A stretch of 64,000 nt of DNA, taken from contig CAXWPL010000003.1 in the NCBI GenBank assembly GCA_963666215.2, positions 32,001 to 96,000 on the forward strand. The letters are read 5' to 3'. Origin of the DNA: Acidobacteriota bacterium (GTDB taxonomy: Bacteria > Acidobacteriota > UBA890 > WLXD01). Shown here piece by piece: positions 28,301 to 36,537 of the stretch. The number at the start of each line of letters is the position of its first letter. Positions within the stretch are counted from its first letter, which is position 1. The translations under genes and the position numbers were made by a program. The notes beneath the pieces are model-generated. The model searched no databases. It was given only the letters and a program-made list of their open reading frames with translations, and was not told the DNA's origin.

Positions 28301-28536
28301 GAGCCGTAGGGCGCCGGCGGAGAATGCTGAGAGTGCGCCGCTTCTGTGCGGTTGGGAGACACCACAAGCAGACGCCTGAGTGGGCAGGCTAGCATATCGT
28401 CCAAGGGCTTTCGGCCTGTGTCATGACTGCTCTTGATCGATCGCCCGCCTCTCACGCCGCCGCGATCACCAGTGGTGCTGCACGCGATCGAACCAGGTGC
28501 CGCGAACGCTTCCGCGGGAGGGCGCCGGACGTGCTC

Positions 28537-29943
28537 CTATTGTATGTAGCCGAGATTCTTGAGCTCGAGCAGGTCCTCTTCCGAGAGCTCGACGAGATCG
28601 GCAGGCAGCGAGTCGTGCTTGCGGATCAACGCAAGCTGCGTCGCGAGGCCCTCGGCGATGAACGGATGCTGTGCTGACACGTCGGTGCGCTCCATCGGAT
28701 CGGCCGCCAGGTCGTACAAGGCGCCATCGAGCAACTTCCAACGCTGCATGCGAATCGCCGTAGGCAGTGGATCGCGGCGGATGTCGCGCTGGCTGACGGC
28801 GTAAACCGCGTCGCTCCGACGATTCAGCAGGCGATCCATCAGGCTCGCACCCTGCATGAAGGTATTCGTCTCGACCCCGAGGACGTCGAGCATGGTGGGA
28901 AGCACATCGATGCCGCGTGCCACCTCAGCGACAACCGAGCCAGCGAATTTCGAGCCCGGCATCTTGACGACCAGCGGCACACGCAGCAGCTCGTCGTACA
29001 GCGTCCACGAATGCCAGCCCACGCGGCCGCGCTCGCCGAACTCCTCGCCGTGGTCGGAGGTGAAGATGATCAGTGTGTTGTCGTACAACCCGCGCACACG
29101 CAGCGACGCCAGCAGGTCGCCGAAGGCATCATCCATGTTGCGAATCTCGCCATCGTAGGCGGCGATGATGTGCTGCCGATCGGCCTCGCTGAGCCGCTTC
29201 CGCACGGGGTTCTGGAAAACATCCCTGAGAAACTCCAGCGACACCTCGTCGGATACCGGACCGTCATAGTCCGGATCGAACATCCGGAGGTAGCGCTTCG
29301 GAGGCGTATACGGTGTGTGCACCTCGTAGGTATGCAGCATCAGGAAGAACCGCTCGTCGCCAAACTCGTCGAGCCACTTGTCGGCTTTGTCGACGATGTC
29401 GCTAAAGCGCGACGTGTGCGTGCGTGGCTCGGTGAAGTACCGGTAAACGTCGAACCCCTGATCGAGACCCCACTTGCTCTGCATCTGGCCACCTGCGGTG
29501 AAGGCAGCCGTGCGGAACCCGTCTTGGTAGAGAATCTCGGCCATCGTGGTGGCCTCGGGCGCGAGTCCCTGTCGCAGATCCTTGAAGGCCTGATGGTGCT
29601 CCGGGATCAGCGAGGTGAAGATCGAAGCGTGCGATGGCAGCGTTGATGGAGCGTGCGAGATCGCATCGTCGAAACGGATCGATTGCTCCGCGAAAAGATC
29701 CACGTTGGGCGTCGTTTCGCGCTCGTAGCCGTACGCCCCCACATGATCCTTTCGTAGAGTATCGATCGAGATCAGAAGGACATTGCAGTCGTCGCAGACG
29801 TAGTCGGAGTCGCCGAACCAGCTCGAGCCCCGCAGCGTCGGCAGCGGCGAGGCGATCGACAGGTCAACCGCATCGGCCACCTGAATCAGCAGGAGGAAAG
29901 CGGTAACGAAGCCGGAAACGACGGCGAGTTTCAAGCGTGACAT
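28537..29943 (-). CDS. Sulfatase-like hydrolase/transferase (alkaline phosphatase superfamily)
   Basis: ISIDTLRKDH, TPNVD, STLPSHASIFT, HTYEVHTPY, TSDHGEEFGE, C-terminal LKNLGY; signal or anchor sequence. Confidence 0.9.
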   Translation of the reverse strand: MSRLKLAVVSGFVTAFLLLIQVADAVDLSIASPLPTLRGSSWFGDSDYVCDDCNVLLISIDTLRKDHVGAYGYERETTPNVDLFAEQSIRFDDAISHAPSTLPSHASIFTSLIPEHHQAFKDLRQGLAPEATTMAEILYQDGFRTAAFTAGGQMQSKWGLDQGFDVYRYFTEPRTHTSRFSDIVDKADKWLDEFGDERFFLMLHTYEVHTPYTPPKRYLRMFDPDYDGPVSDEVSLEFLRDVFQNPVRKRLSEADRQHIIAAYDGEIRNMDDAFGDLLASLRVRGLYDNTLIIFTSDHGEEFGERGRVGWHSWTLYDELLRVPLVVKMPGSKFAGSVVAEVARGIDVLPTMLDVLGVETNTFMQGASLMDRLLNRRSDAVYAVSQRDIRRDPLPTAIRMQRWKLLDGALYDLAADPMERTDVSAQHPFIAEGLATQLALIRKHDSLPADLVELSEEDLLELKNLGYIQ

Positions 29944-30321
29944 GACGTGGCCGAATAGCCGAGCGTTGGCAAGTGATCCACAAGGCCGAGGAGCTCGACC
30001 CGGCGCGGTTGCGCCAGCGCGCGGCCCGTAGCGGATGCGCGGCGCTGCATGGTGTCCATCTGCAGATTCTACGCGATCGCGGCCGCTGCCGCTGTGTCAC
30101 CGACCTCCAGACAACCCGACCCGACAACGGCCTCGAGCCCGGCCGATCGCTCGAGCCGGCCGGATCCCGGTCAGTTCCGCGAAGACGTTCTTGCGCTGCG
30201 GAGGCAACGATGTCAGCGTCGTCCGGCAGCCTGACCTGCCTACCCTTCAGGATCATCTTCTAAAGGTCCTTTCGAACGCGCCGTACCACTCACTGGCACC
30301 GCCAGAGGAGCTCGTATTCAA

Positions 30322-31992
30322 ATGACTTGCACCAGCACCAACACCACCGCCCCGCTCCCTCATCCGCGAGCTTCTCGCCGTGCACGTACGACGCTGTGCG
30401 CCACGCTCGCGCTGGCGCTCTTCACCGTTGCCGGCTCGGTGGCCGCTTCAACCGGCACGTCCGGCTCCTCGAAGTTCTCCGCCAACCAGGCTGGCGCGGT
30501 CTCGTCGGGGCCTTATCAAAGCCTGGTCATCCGCGGCGCGATGATCATTCCCGGGCACGGCGGCCCCGCATACGGCCCCGCCGACATCGTCATCGAGGGC
30601 GCCACGATCTCTCGTATCGTGCCCCTCGACCCCGTGACGCTCGAGCGCGGCGGCGACGCCGACCGCCCGCAGGGCGACCGCGTGATCGACGCCACCGGCA
30701 TGTACGTCATGCCCGGCATGATCGATCTGCACACACATATCCGTACCGACCCGCTGCCGCTCGAGTATGTCTACGCGATGAAGCTGGCGCACGGCGTGAC
30801 GACCATGGCGAACGCCTCCGACCGTGGCTTCGAGGCTGCGGTTGCCGAGGCAGCGCGATCGGCAGACAACGAAGTTGCCGCGCCGCGGATGTTCCCGCTG
30901 CACTCGTGGTCGCAGTTCGACCCCGAGGACGATGACCCGACGAGCTGGACCGATCCGGGCCGTGTTCGACGTAATGCGCGCGAGCTGGTCAAGGCCGGTG
31001 CTCACGTGGTTAGCGTGGGCAACATCGCCTGGCACCCCGAGCTCTTCGCCGCGGTGTCGCGAGCCGTCTACGAGGTCGGCGGTATCACCACGGTCCACCT
31101 ACCTCCGTCGTCGACCGCGGTCGTACAGGCCGTGCAGGCCGCAGAGGCCGGTGTGACGATGATCGAGCACCACTATGGCTACGCCGAGTCGGCGCTCGAC
31201 CGCAAGGTTCAGGACTTCCCGGCCAACTACAACTTCAACAACGAGATCGAACGGTTCCGGCACGCCGGCAAAGTCTGGCTCGAAGCACCGCGCGACACGC
31301 TACTCGAGGACGTCGCCCAGCGCCTGGCCGATAGTGGTGTCGCGATGATCCCGACGATGTCGGTGTACGAGGCCAATCGAGACATCAACCGTGCCATGTC
31401 ACTGCCGTGGCACAACAAGTACACGCACCGCGCGTTGATCGACTGGAGCTTCCCGAACCCGAGCTTCCATGGTTCCTACCACTGGGATTGGACCTCCGAC
31501 GACGAAGCCACCTGGACCCAAATGTATCGGCTTTGGCAAGAGCTGATCTTTCAGTTCAACCGTCGCGGCGGCACCGTTGGCTACGCTACCGACGACAACT
31601 ACATCTGGGCCGTCGGTGGCATCTCGAACGTGCGCGAGCTGCAGCTCATGCAGGAAACCGGCATGCACCCGCTCGAGATCATCAAGTCGGCGACCTTCAA
31701 CAGCGCCAAGATCCTGCGCCAGGACGACCTCGGCATGGTCCGTCCGGGCTTCAAGGCCGACCTTGCGATCGTCAACGGCAACCCGCTGCACAGTTTCCGC
31801 AGCATGTACGCGTTCGGTGCCTTGACGCTAGAAGGCGACAACATGGTGCGACGCGGCGGCGTCCGCTGGACGCTGAAGGATGGCGTGGTGTTCGACACCC
31901 AGGCACTGATGGCCAACGTCGTGAGCATGGTCGCCGAGTCCAAGCGTGGCTGGACGAACCCGGTCGACGCGCTGTTCGAGCTACCGCAGTAG
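30322..31992 (+). CDS. Secreted amidohydrolase family protein
   Basis: IDATGMYVMPGMIDLHTH, IEH, LGMVRPGFKADLAIVNGNPL; signal peptide. Confidence 0.88.
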   Translation: MTCTSTNTTAPLPHPRASRRARTTLCATLALALFTVAGSVAASTGTSGSSKFSANQAGAVSSGPYQSLVIRGAMIIPGHGGPAYGPADIVIEGATISRIVPLDPVTLERGGDADRPQGDRVIDATGMYVMPGMIDLHTHIRTDPLPLEYVYAMKLAHGVTTMANASDRGFEAAVAEAARSADNEVAAPRMFPLHSWSQFDPEDDDPTSWTDPGRVRRNARELVKAGAHVVSVGNIAWHPELFAAVSRAVYEVGGITTVHLPPSSTAVVQAVQAAEAGVTMIEHHYGYAESALDRKVQDFPANYNFNNEIERFRHAGKVWLEAPRDTLLEDVAQRLADSGVAMIPTMSVYEANRDINRAMSLPWHNKYTHRALIDWSFPNPSFHGSYHWDWTSDDEATWTQMYRLWQELIFQFNRRGGTVGYATDDNYIWAVGGISNVRELQLMQETGMHPLEIIKSATFNSAKILRQDDLGMVRPGFKADLAIVNGNPLHSFRSMYAFGALTLEGDNMVRRGGVRWTLKDGVVFDTQALMANVVSMVAESKRGWTNPVDALFELPQ

Positions 31993-32000
31993 TCCGCGTT

Positions 32001-33377
32001 TCAGGTTCCCCGTGTGCGACTCGACTCCGCGTCGAGTCGCAACAGTGCCTGCCGCGCTGCTCGCGCCTGGAATACGTCGAAGTACGGGTTGATGTCGAGC
32101 GCCTCCTTCAGGCGGCGACGCGCCGAGTCGATGTCGCCCCGCGCCTCGGCAATCATTCCCGCGTGATAGTGGAACGCCGCATCGCGCGTGCCCAGCCGCA
32201 GCGCCCGAGCGCTGGCCTCCGCGGCCTCGTCGTAGCGTCCGTTGCGATAGAGCGCCCACGCGAGAGTGTCGGAGGCGGCCAAGTCTTGACGGCGCTCGAA
32301 GTCGCGCTCGGCGCGTTCCAACGCCTCCTGTGGATTGCGCCCGTGGTCGGCCAAGAAATTAGCTATCGGTCGGTCTTCGAGCGCACCACCAAGCTCACCC
32401 GCGGCGATCGCGGCCGCGTAGGCCTGATCGGCCAGAGCAGGTTGATGGGTCAGCGCGTAGAGATCACCCAATCGTCCGTACACCTCCGGATGCGGCTTGC
32501 GAACGAGCAAACGCTCGGTGGTCTCGAGTGCCCGGTCGTACTCGCCAAGACCGGCTTGCAGACTTGCCAGCACCCCCATCGCCGGTAGATAGCCGTCAAC
32601 CAGTCGCAGGGCGGCCTCGAGGTGTACACGGGACCGCTCGCCGTCTCCCGTCTTGAAGTACAGATCGCCGAGTCGGTAGAGGTACCAGGCGAGATCAGCC
32701 GCAACCGGGTCGGCGTGGAGTGTCATCTCGGCGGCGCGACGCACGGTAATGAGCGCGGCTTGCGGATCGCCGAAGACCTCCTCGATCTGCGCCCGCCGCG
32801 CCAGCGTCGCGGGCACTGCGAGCTCGGCAACAAGCTCCATCACCGTGTCGCTGGCTTCGTCATAGTCGCCGATTCCCAGCTGCGCGTCGGCAACCAAAGC
32901 CAACCTGCCGAGCGCGCCATCCTCATCGAGATCGAACCGCTCGCTGTCACCGAGCTCGGCCGCCAGCTCGAGCGTGTCGCCGAAGCGATGCTGAGCATTG
33001 AGCGCGCCCAGCAATTCCAAACGGGAACCCGAATCTCCGGGCCGCAACTCGCCGGCCCGCCGGAAGAGTCGCTCCGCTTCCGGAATGACCCTCTCGACGC
33101 CACTCTCGCGCGCGTGGCGCAGATACAGGCTGCCCAGCATCATGTGATTGGTGGCGCTCAACGGCTGCTCCGCCACGCGAGCCTCGAAGCGCGGCAGGTG
33201 CGTCGCAGCCAGTGCCAGGCGCGGCATTCGCAGACGGTCGACCGCGAGCAACGACTCGTAGCGCTGCTCGCGGTCGGCCCAACGACGCTCTGCGTCGACC
33301 CAGCTCAGCACACCGGCCGACAGAAGAGCCGTGCCACAGACCAACCAGATAGTCCGGTTGCGGCGCATCGTCGTCAT
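32001..33377 (-). CDS. Tetratricopeptide-repeat protein
   Basis: N-terminal anchor, TPR-like helical repeats, DTLAWALY, YHAGMI, ALDINPYF. Confidence 0.85.
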   Translation of the reverse strand: MTTMRRNRTIWLVCGTALLSAGVLSWVDAERRWADREQRYESLLAVDRLRMPRLALAATHLPRFEARVAEQPLSATNHMMLGSLYLRHARESGVERVIPEAERLFRRAGELRPGDSGSRLELLGALNAQHRFGDTLELAAELGDSERFDLDEDGALGRLALVADAQLGIGDYDEASDTVMELVAELAVPATLARRAQIEEVFGDPQAALITVRRAAEMTLHADPVAADLAWYLYRLGDLYFKTGDGERSRVHLEAALRLVDGYLPAMGVLASLQAGLGEYDRALETTERLLVRKPHPEVYGRLGDLYALTHQPALADQAYAAAIAAGELGGALEDRPIANFLADHGRNPQEALERAERDFERRQDLAASDTLAWALYRNGRYDEAAEASARALRLGTRDAAFHYHAGMIAEARGDIDSARRRLKEALDINPYFDVFQARAARQALLRLDAESSRTRGT

Positions 33378-33396
33378 TGCCTGGCTACCTGGCTTT

Positions 33397-34422
33397 CTAG
33401 TGAGCGGGGGCGAGAAACGGGAAGGCGTCGCGGAAAGCCACGTCGTTGGCGTCGACGCAGTCCGACGTGGGACCGCCGGCCACGAAAATCAGGCCGAGCG
33501 CGGCGTCGATGACGTCGTCCGGCATCCGGCGGCCGTTCAAGAAGCCCGACATGTTGCGCGTGTTGAAGGTAAGGATGTCGGGCAACAGGATGTCGGTCAG
33601 CGCGTCGGCGGTGGCCTGGTCGTTGCCACCGGCGAGGAAGGTCGCGTTGACGAAATCGCCAAACAGCTCACGATCGTCTCGCGGCATGGCGGCGTTGTAG
33701 GCGTCTTTGGAACCGCTCGGAACGAAGACCGTATTGATGCCCGGGCGTCCGGCGCGATCGATCTGCTCGCCATCTTTGCGCGTGCTTGCCCAGACGCCGA
33801 TGTCACGCGCACCGAACGTCTTGCGGGGAACCTGGATCACGATCGCGTTGACGTTGAGGCCAGGAAAGAAGTCGGCTTCGCCGCCGTCGCAGAACGCGCG
33901 CCCGCCGGTCCCGAGAAACGCGTCGAGGTCGGAGAAGAACGGATCGTCATACGTGCCGGCCGTGATCCTGCCCGGGCCGCCGTTGATCTTGCTGGTACGT
34001 CCGGTGCGCCCGCGGGTCTCCACAGTGTCGGCATGGAGACGCTTGGATAAAAGCCGGAAGTTCTGCGAACCGTCGGCGCGAGTCGGGCCGAAGAGCACGC
34101 GGTACACCACATCGCGGTTAGCGTCGCCGTTGGTGTCGATGTTGAAGATGTACGAAGCGTGGGGATCGAAGCCGGCGGGCCCGAACACGCCGGCCGCCGG
34201 GTTAGACGTCATGATGAGCGCCGTACGGTTCGGCTTGCCGCTGGGCACGAACGCATAGACATCGTTGAGGTCGGTGAGCAGCTCGCCATTCGGTGAGGTG
34301 AGCCCGGGAGCGTCGAGGTGATCAGCGGCTTTCGTCGACAGCACGTTGAAGCCGACGGCGATCGTCAACAGCGTGGCGGTGAGGCTTCCCAGAGTGATGC
34401 AGTGGCGCAATCCGAGGCGCAT
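33397..34422 (-). CDS. DUF4331 family secreted protein
   Basis: Signal peptide then ADHLDAP, DVYAF, DDPFF, QIDRAGRPGINT, NGRRMPDDVID, FPFLAPAH; GGAGG RBS before ATG 34422. Confidence 0.88.
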   Translation of the reverse strand: MRLGLRHCITLGSLTATLLTIAVGFNVLSTKAADHLDAPGLTSPNGELLTDLNDVYAFVPSGKPNRTALIMTSNPAAGVFGPAGFDPHASYIFNIDTNGDANRDVVYRVLFGPTRADGSQNFRLLSKRLHADTVETRGRTGRTSKINGGPGRITAGTYDDPFFSDLDAFLGTGGRAFCDGGEADFFPGLNVNAIVIQVPRKTFGARDIGVWASTRKDGEQIDRAGRPGINTVFVPSGSKDAYNAAMPRDDRELFGDFVNATFLAGGNDQATADALTDILLPDILTFNTRNMSGFLNGRRMPDDVIDAALGLIFVAGGPTSDCVDANDVAFRDAFPFLAPAH

Positions 34423-34639
34423 GACGGCTGTCCCCTCCAAGTAGTGGGCCGCGACGGGCGCGGCGTTGGCTGGATTCACCACCTGGTACGCCGACCAACC
34501 GCGAGTGGATTGGTCCCTTCGCGAACGGATCGCCGCAAAGTCGATCGACAATCGCGTCGCGCGTTGGAGAGAACGACTCGCGAGCTCGTGTTCGCCGGTC
34601 CGCGCCCGCTAGTTAGCGAAGGAACCGACAAGGAACGGC

Positions 34640-35305
34640 GTGGTCGTCGGCTGCGCCGAGCCCGCGAACATCGTTGCCAACACTTCGGCCGCCTCGCGCG
34701 TATACAAGAGTGTGGAACAAACACTGCCTTTGCAATGCACCGTGGCCAGCCGCGCAACGCGATCGACCGGCGATCTCATCGGCGATCTCTTCGACCTTCA
34801 CCAAGCGCGGCTCTACCGGCTGGCGCTGGGCATGACCTGCTCGCACGACGAGGCACTGGATCTGGTGCAGGAGACCTTCCTCCGCGCGCTACGCACGCTG
34901 CGCGCTGGCGGCAAGTTCCCCTGCGCCGACCACGGCCCCGAAGCGGCCGAGGCTTCGCTGGTGCGTGCCCTCGTCAACCTTTGTCGTGACCGCTGGCGCC
35001 GCCTGGCGGTGCGCAAGCGTCATCCGATCGCAGCTCCCGCCGTGTACGCCTCCTCGCACGAGACGGCGTGGCTAGCTCACGCCGCGGTACACCGTGCGCT
35101 CGAGCAGCTACCACCACGTCAACGAGCCATCGTCGTATTGCGTGAGCTCGAGGGCGCCTCAACGCAGGCAGTGGCAGCTCTTCTCGGCTTGCGGCAAGCG
35201 ACCGTCCGCTGGCACTTGTCGCGCGCCCGTCGTCAACTCCGTCAACAGCTGTCAGGCGGCGGTTCGACCCAGACCTTCGTGGAGGAACCCAGCGATGAAT
35301 CCTGA
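34640..35305 (+). CDS. ECF RNA polymerase sigma factor
   Basis: Region 2 LYRLA...DLVQETFLRA, region 4 LPPRQRAIVVLRELEG...TVRWHLSRAR; start uncertain. Confidence 0.85.
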   Translation: MVVGCAEPANIVANTSAASRVYKSVEQTLPLQCTVASRATRSTGDLIGDLFDLHQARLYRLALGMTCSHDEALDLVQETFLRALRTLRAGGKFPCADHGPEAAEASLVRALVNLCRDRWRRLAVRKRHPIAAPAVYASSHETAWLAHAAVHRALEQLPPRQRAIVVLRELEGASTQAVAALLGLRQATVRWHLSRARRQLRQQLSGGGSTQTFVEEPSDES

Positions 35306-35795
35306 ACATCGGTTCGATCGGCAGCTCCGCGAGTTGCTACGCGCGGCAGACCCGGCTTCTGCAACCTGCAACGGGACAGGTGGCGAAGGCAGCCGTTCGC
35401 TCGGCGCTCAAAGCGGCCCGGATGACACGATGGTGAGCTCGATGAGCGCCATCGAGCGAACGAGCATGCGGGCACGTCTGGTAAGCGAAGCCGCAGCAGC
35501 GGCGCCGATCACCTTGGACACGAGATGGGGTCGACAACGTCCCTCGTGGCGTCTCGCACTGGTGGTGGCGGCGATGCTGGTGGTGGCCATCACGATCCTC
35601 CCCAAGTCGACCGGACCGACAACACACCAGCCGGCGGGCCACTCAGTGGTAGAGGAACAGCGTGTGGCCGCAGCCGGTGTTGCGGGCACCGCGCCCGAAC
35701 GGCCCGAGTCGCGAATCATCCACTTCACAACCGCCTCGGGTACACGAATCGTCTGGAATTTGGTCGCCGACCTCGAGTTGCCCGGTGGTCTCTAG
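35295..35795 (+). CDS. Putative single-TM anti-sigma factor
   Basis: Overlaps the sigma stop, GGAGG RBS, one TM helix, short C-terminal IHFTTASGTRIVW. Confidence 0.65.
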   Translation: MNPEHRFDRQLRELLRAADPASATCNGTGGEGSRSLGAQSGPDDTMVSSMSAIERTSMRARLVSEAAAAAPITLDTRWGRQRPSWRLALVVAAMLVVAITILPKSTGPTTHQPAGHSVVEEQRVAAAGVAGTAPERPESRIIHFTTASGTRIVWNLVADLELPGGL

Positions 35796-35887
35796 AAACA
35801 GCTCCGCAGAACGAGCTCCGTAACTCCGCAACAAGGAGCGCCCGGGAAGTCCACTTCAGTCACCACTGACAGGAAAAGGAGATCAAG

Positions 35888-36430
35888 ATGGATCGCACAC
35901 CACGCAACCGGCTCTTCACGACCTTCCTCTTTGTTTCGCTGATGGCCGGACTGCTCGCCATTCCCGCGGCGTCAGATGCACAGGATCAAGAACGCGAAAC
36001 CCACTCATTCTGGATCGCGATCGTCTCGGCCCGCCCGGGGCCCGCAGCCATGCCGGACCTCCCCGAGGACGCCGAGCGCGCCCTGACTGATGTCGCCAAC
36101 CTGCTGCCCTACAGCGCCTTCGAGCTCATCGACACGGGCTGGATTCGCACGCTGTTCTCCGGCAACACGCGTCTGGGAGACGCCGGGGCCTTCGAAATCT
36201 CCCTTCATTTCGAGCCAACCAGCGACCCGATGAGTCTCTTCGTGGAGGGCTTCCGAGTCGACTACCGCGAGTATCGTCGCCAGGACGATGTCGTCGTTCG
36301 GTCGGACGTCACCATGAACCTGCTCGGTACCCAGTTCGGGATCAAGCTCGGCGAGACCGTGGTTGTAGGCACCTCGCGGCTCGACGGCCAGGACGAGGCG
36401 CTGATCGTGCTCGTCAAGGCGATGCCGTAG
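35888..36430 (+). CDS. Secreted hypothetical protein (third gene of the ECF module)
   Basis: AGGAG RBS, signal peptide ending ASDA-Q, beta-rich body ending GETVVVGTSR...ALIVLVKA. Confidence 0.75.
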   Translation: MDRTPRNRLFTTFLFVSLMAGLLAIPAASDAQDQERETHSFWIAIVSARPGPAAMPDLPEDAERALTDVANLLPYSAFELIDTGWIRTLFSGNTRLGDAGAFEISLHFEPTSDPMSLFVEGFRVDYREYRRQDDVVVRSDVTMNLLGTQFGIKLGETVVVGTSRLDGQDEALIVLVKAMP

Positions 36431-36537
36431 CGCCACCCCCCGCCGGCGCCCAGACCGCCCGCGGTGCGTACACACGGAGGCCGGCGCAGCGAGGCTGCTC
36501 TGCAGCGTGCTACATTCGAACAATTGGCGCTCGGAAG

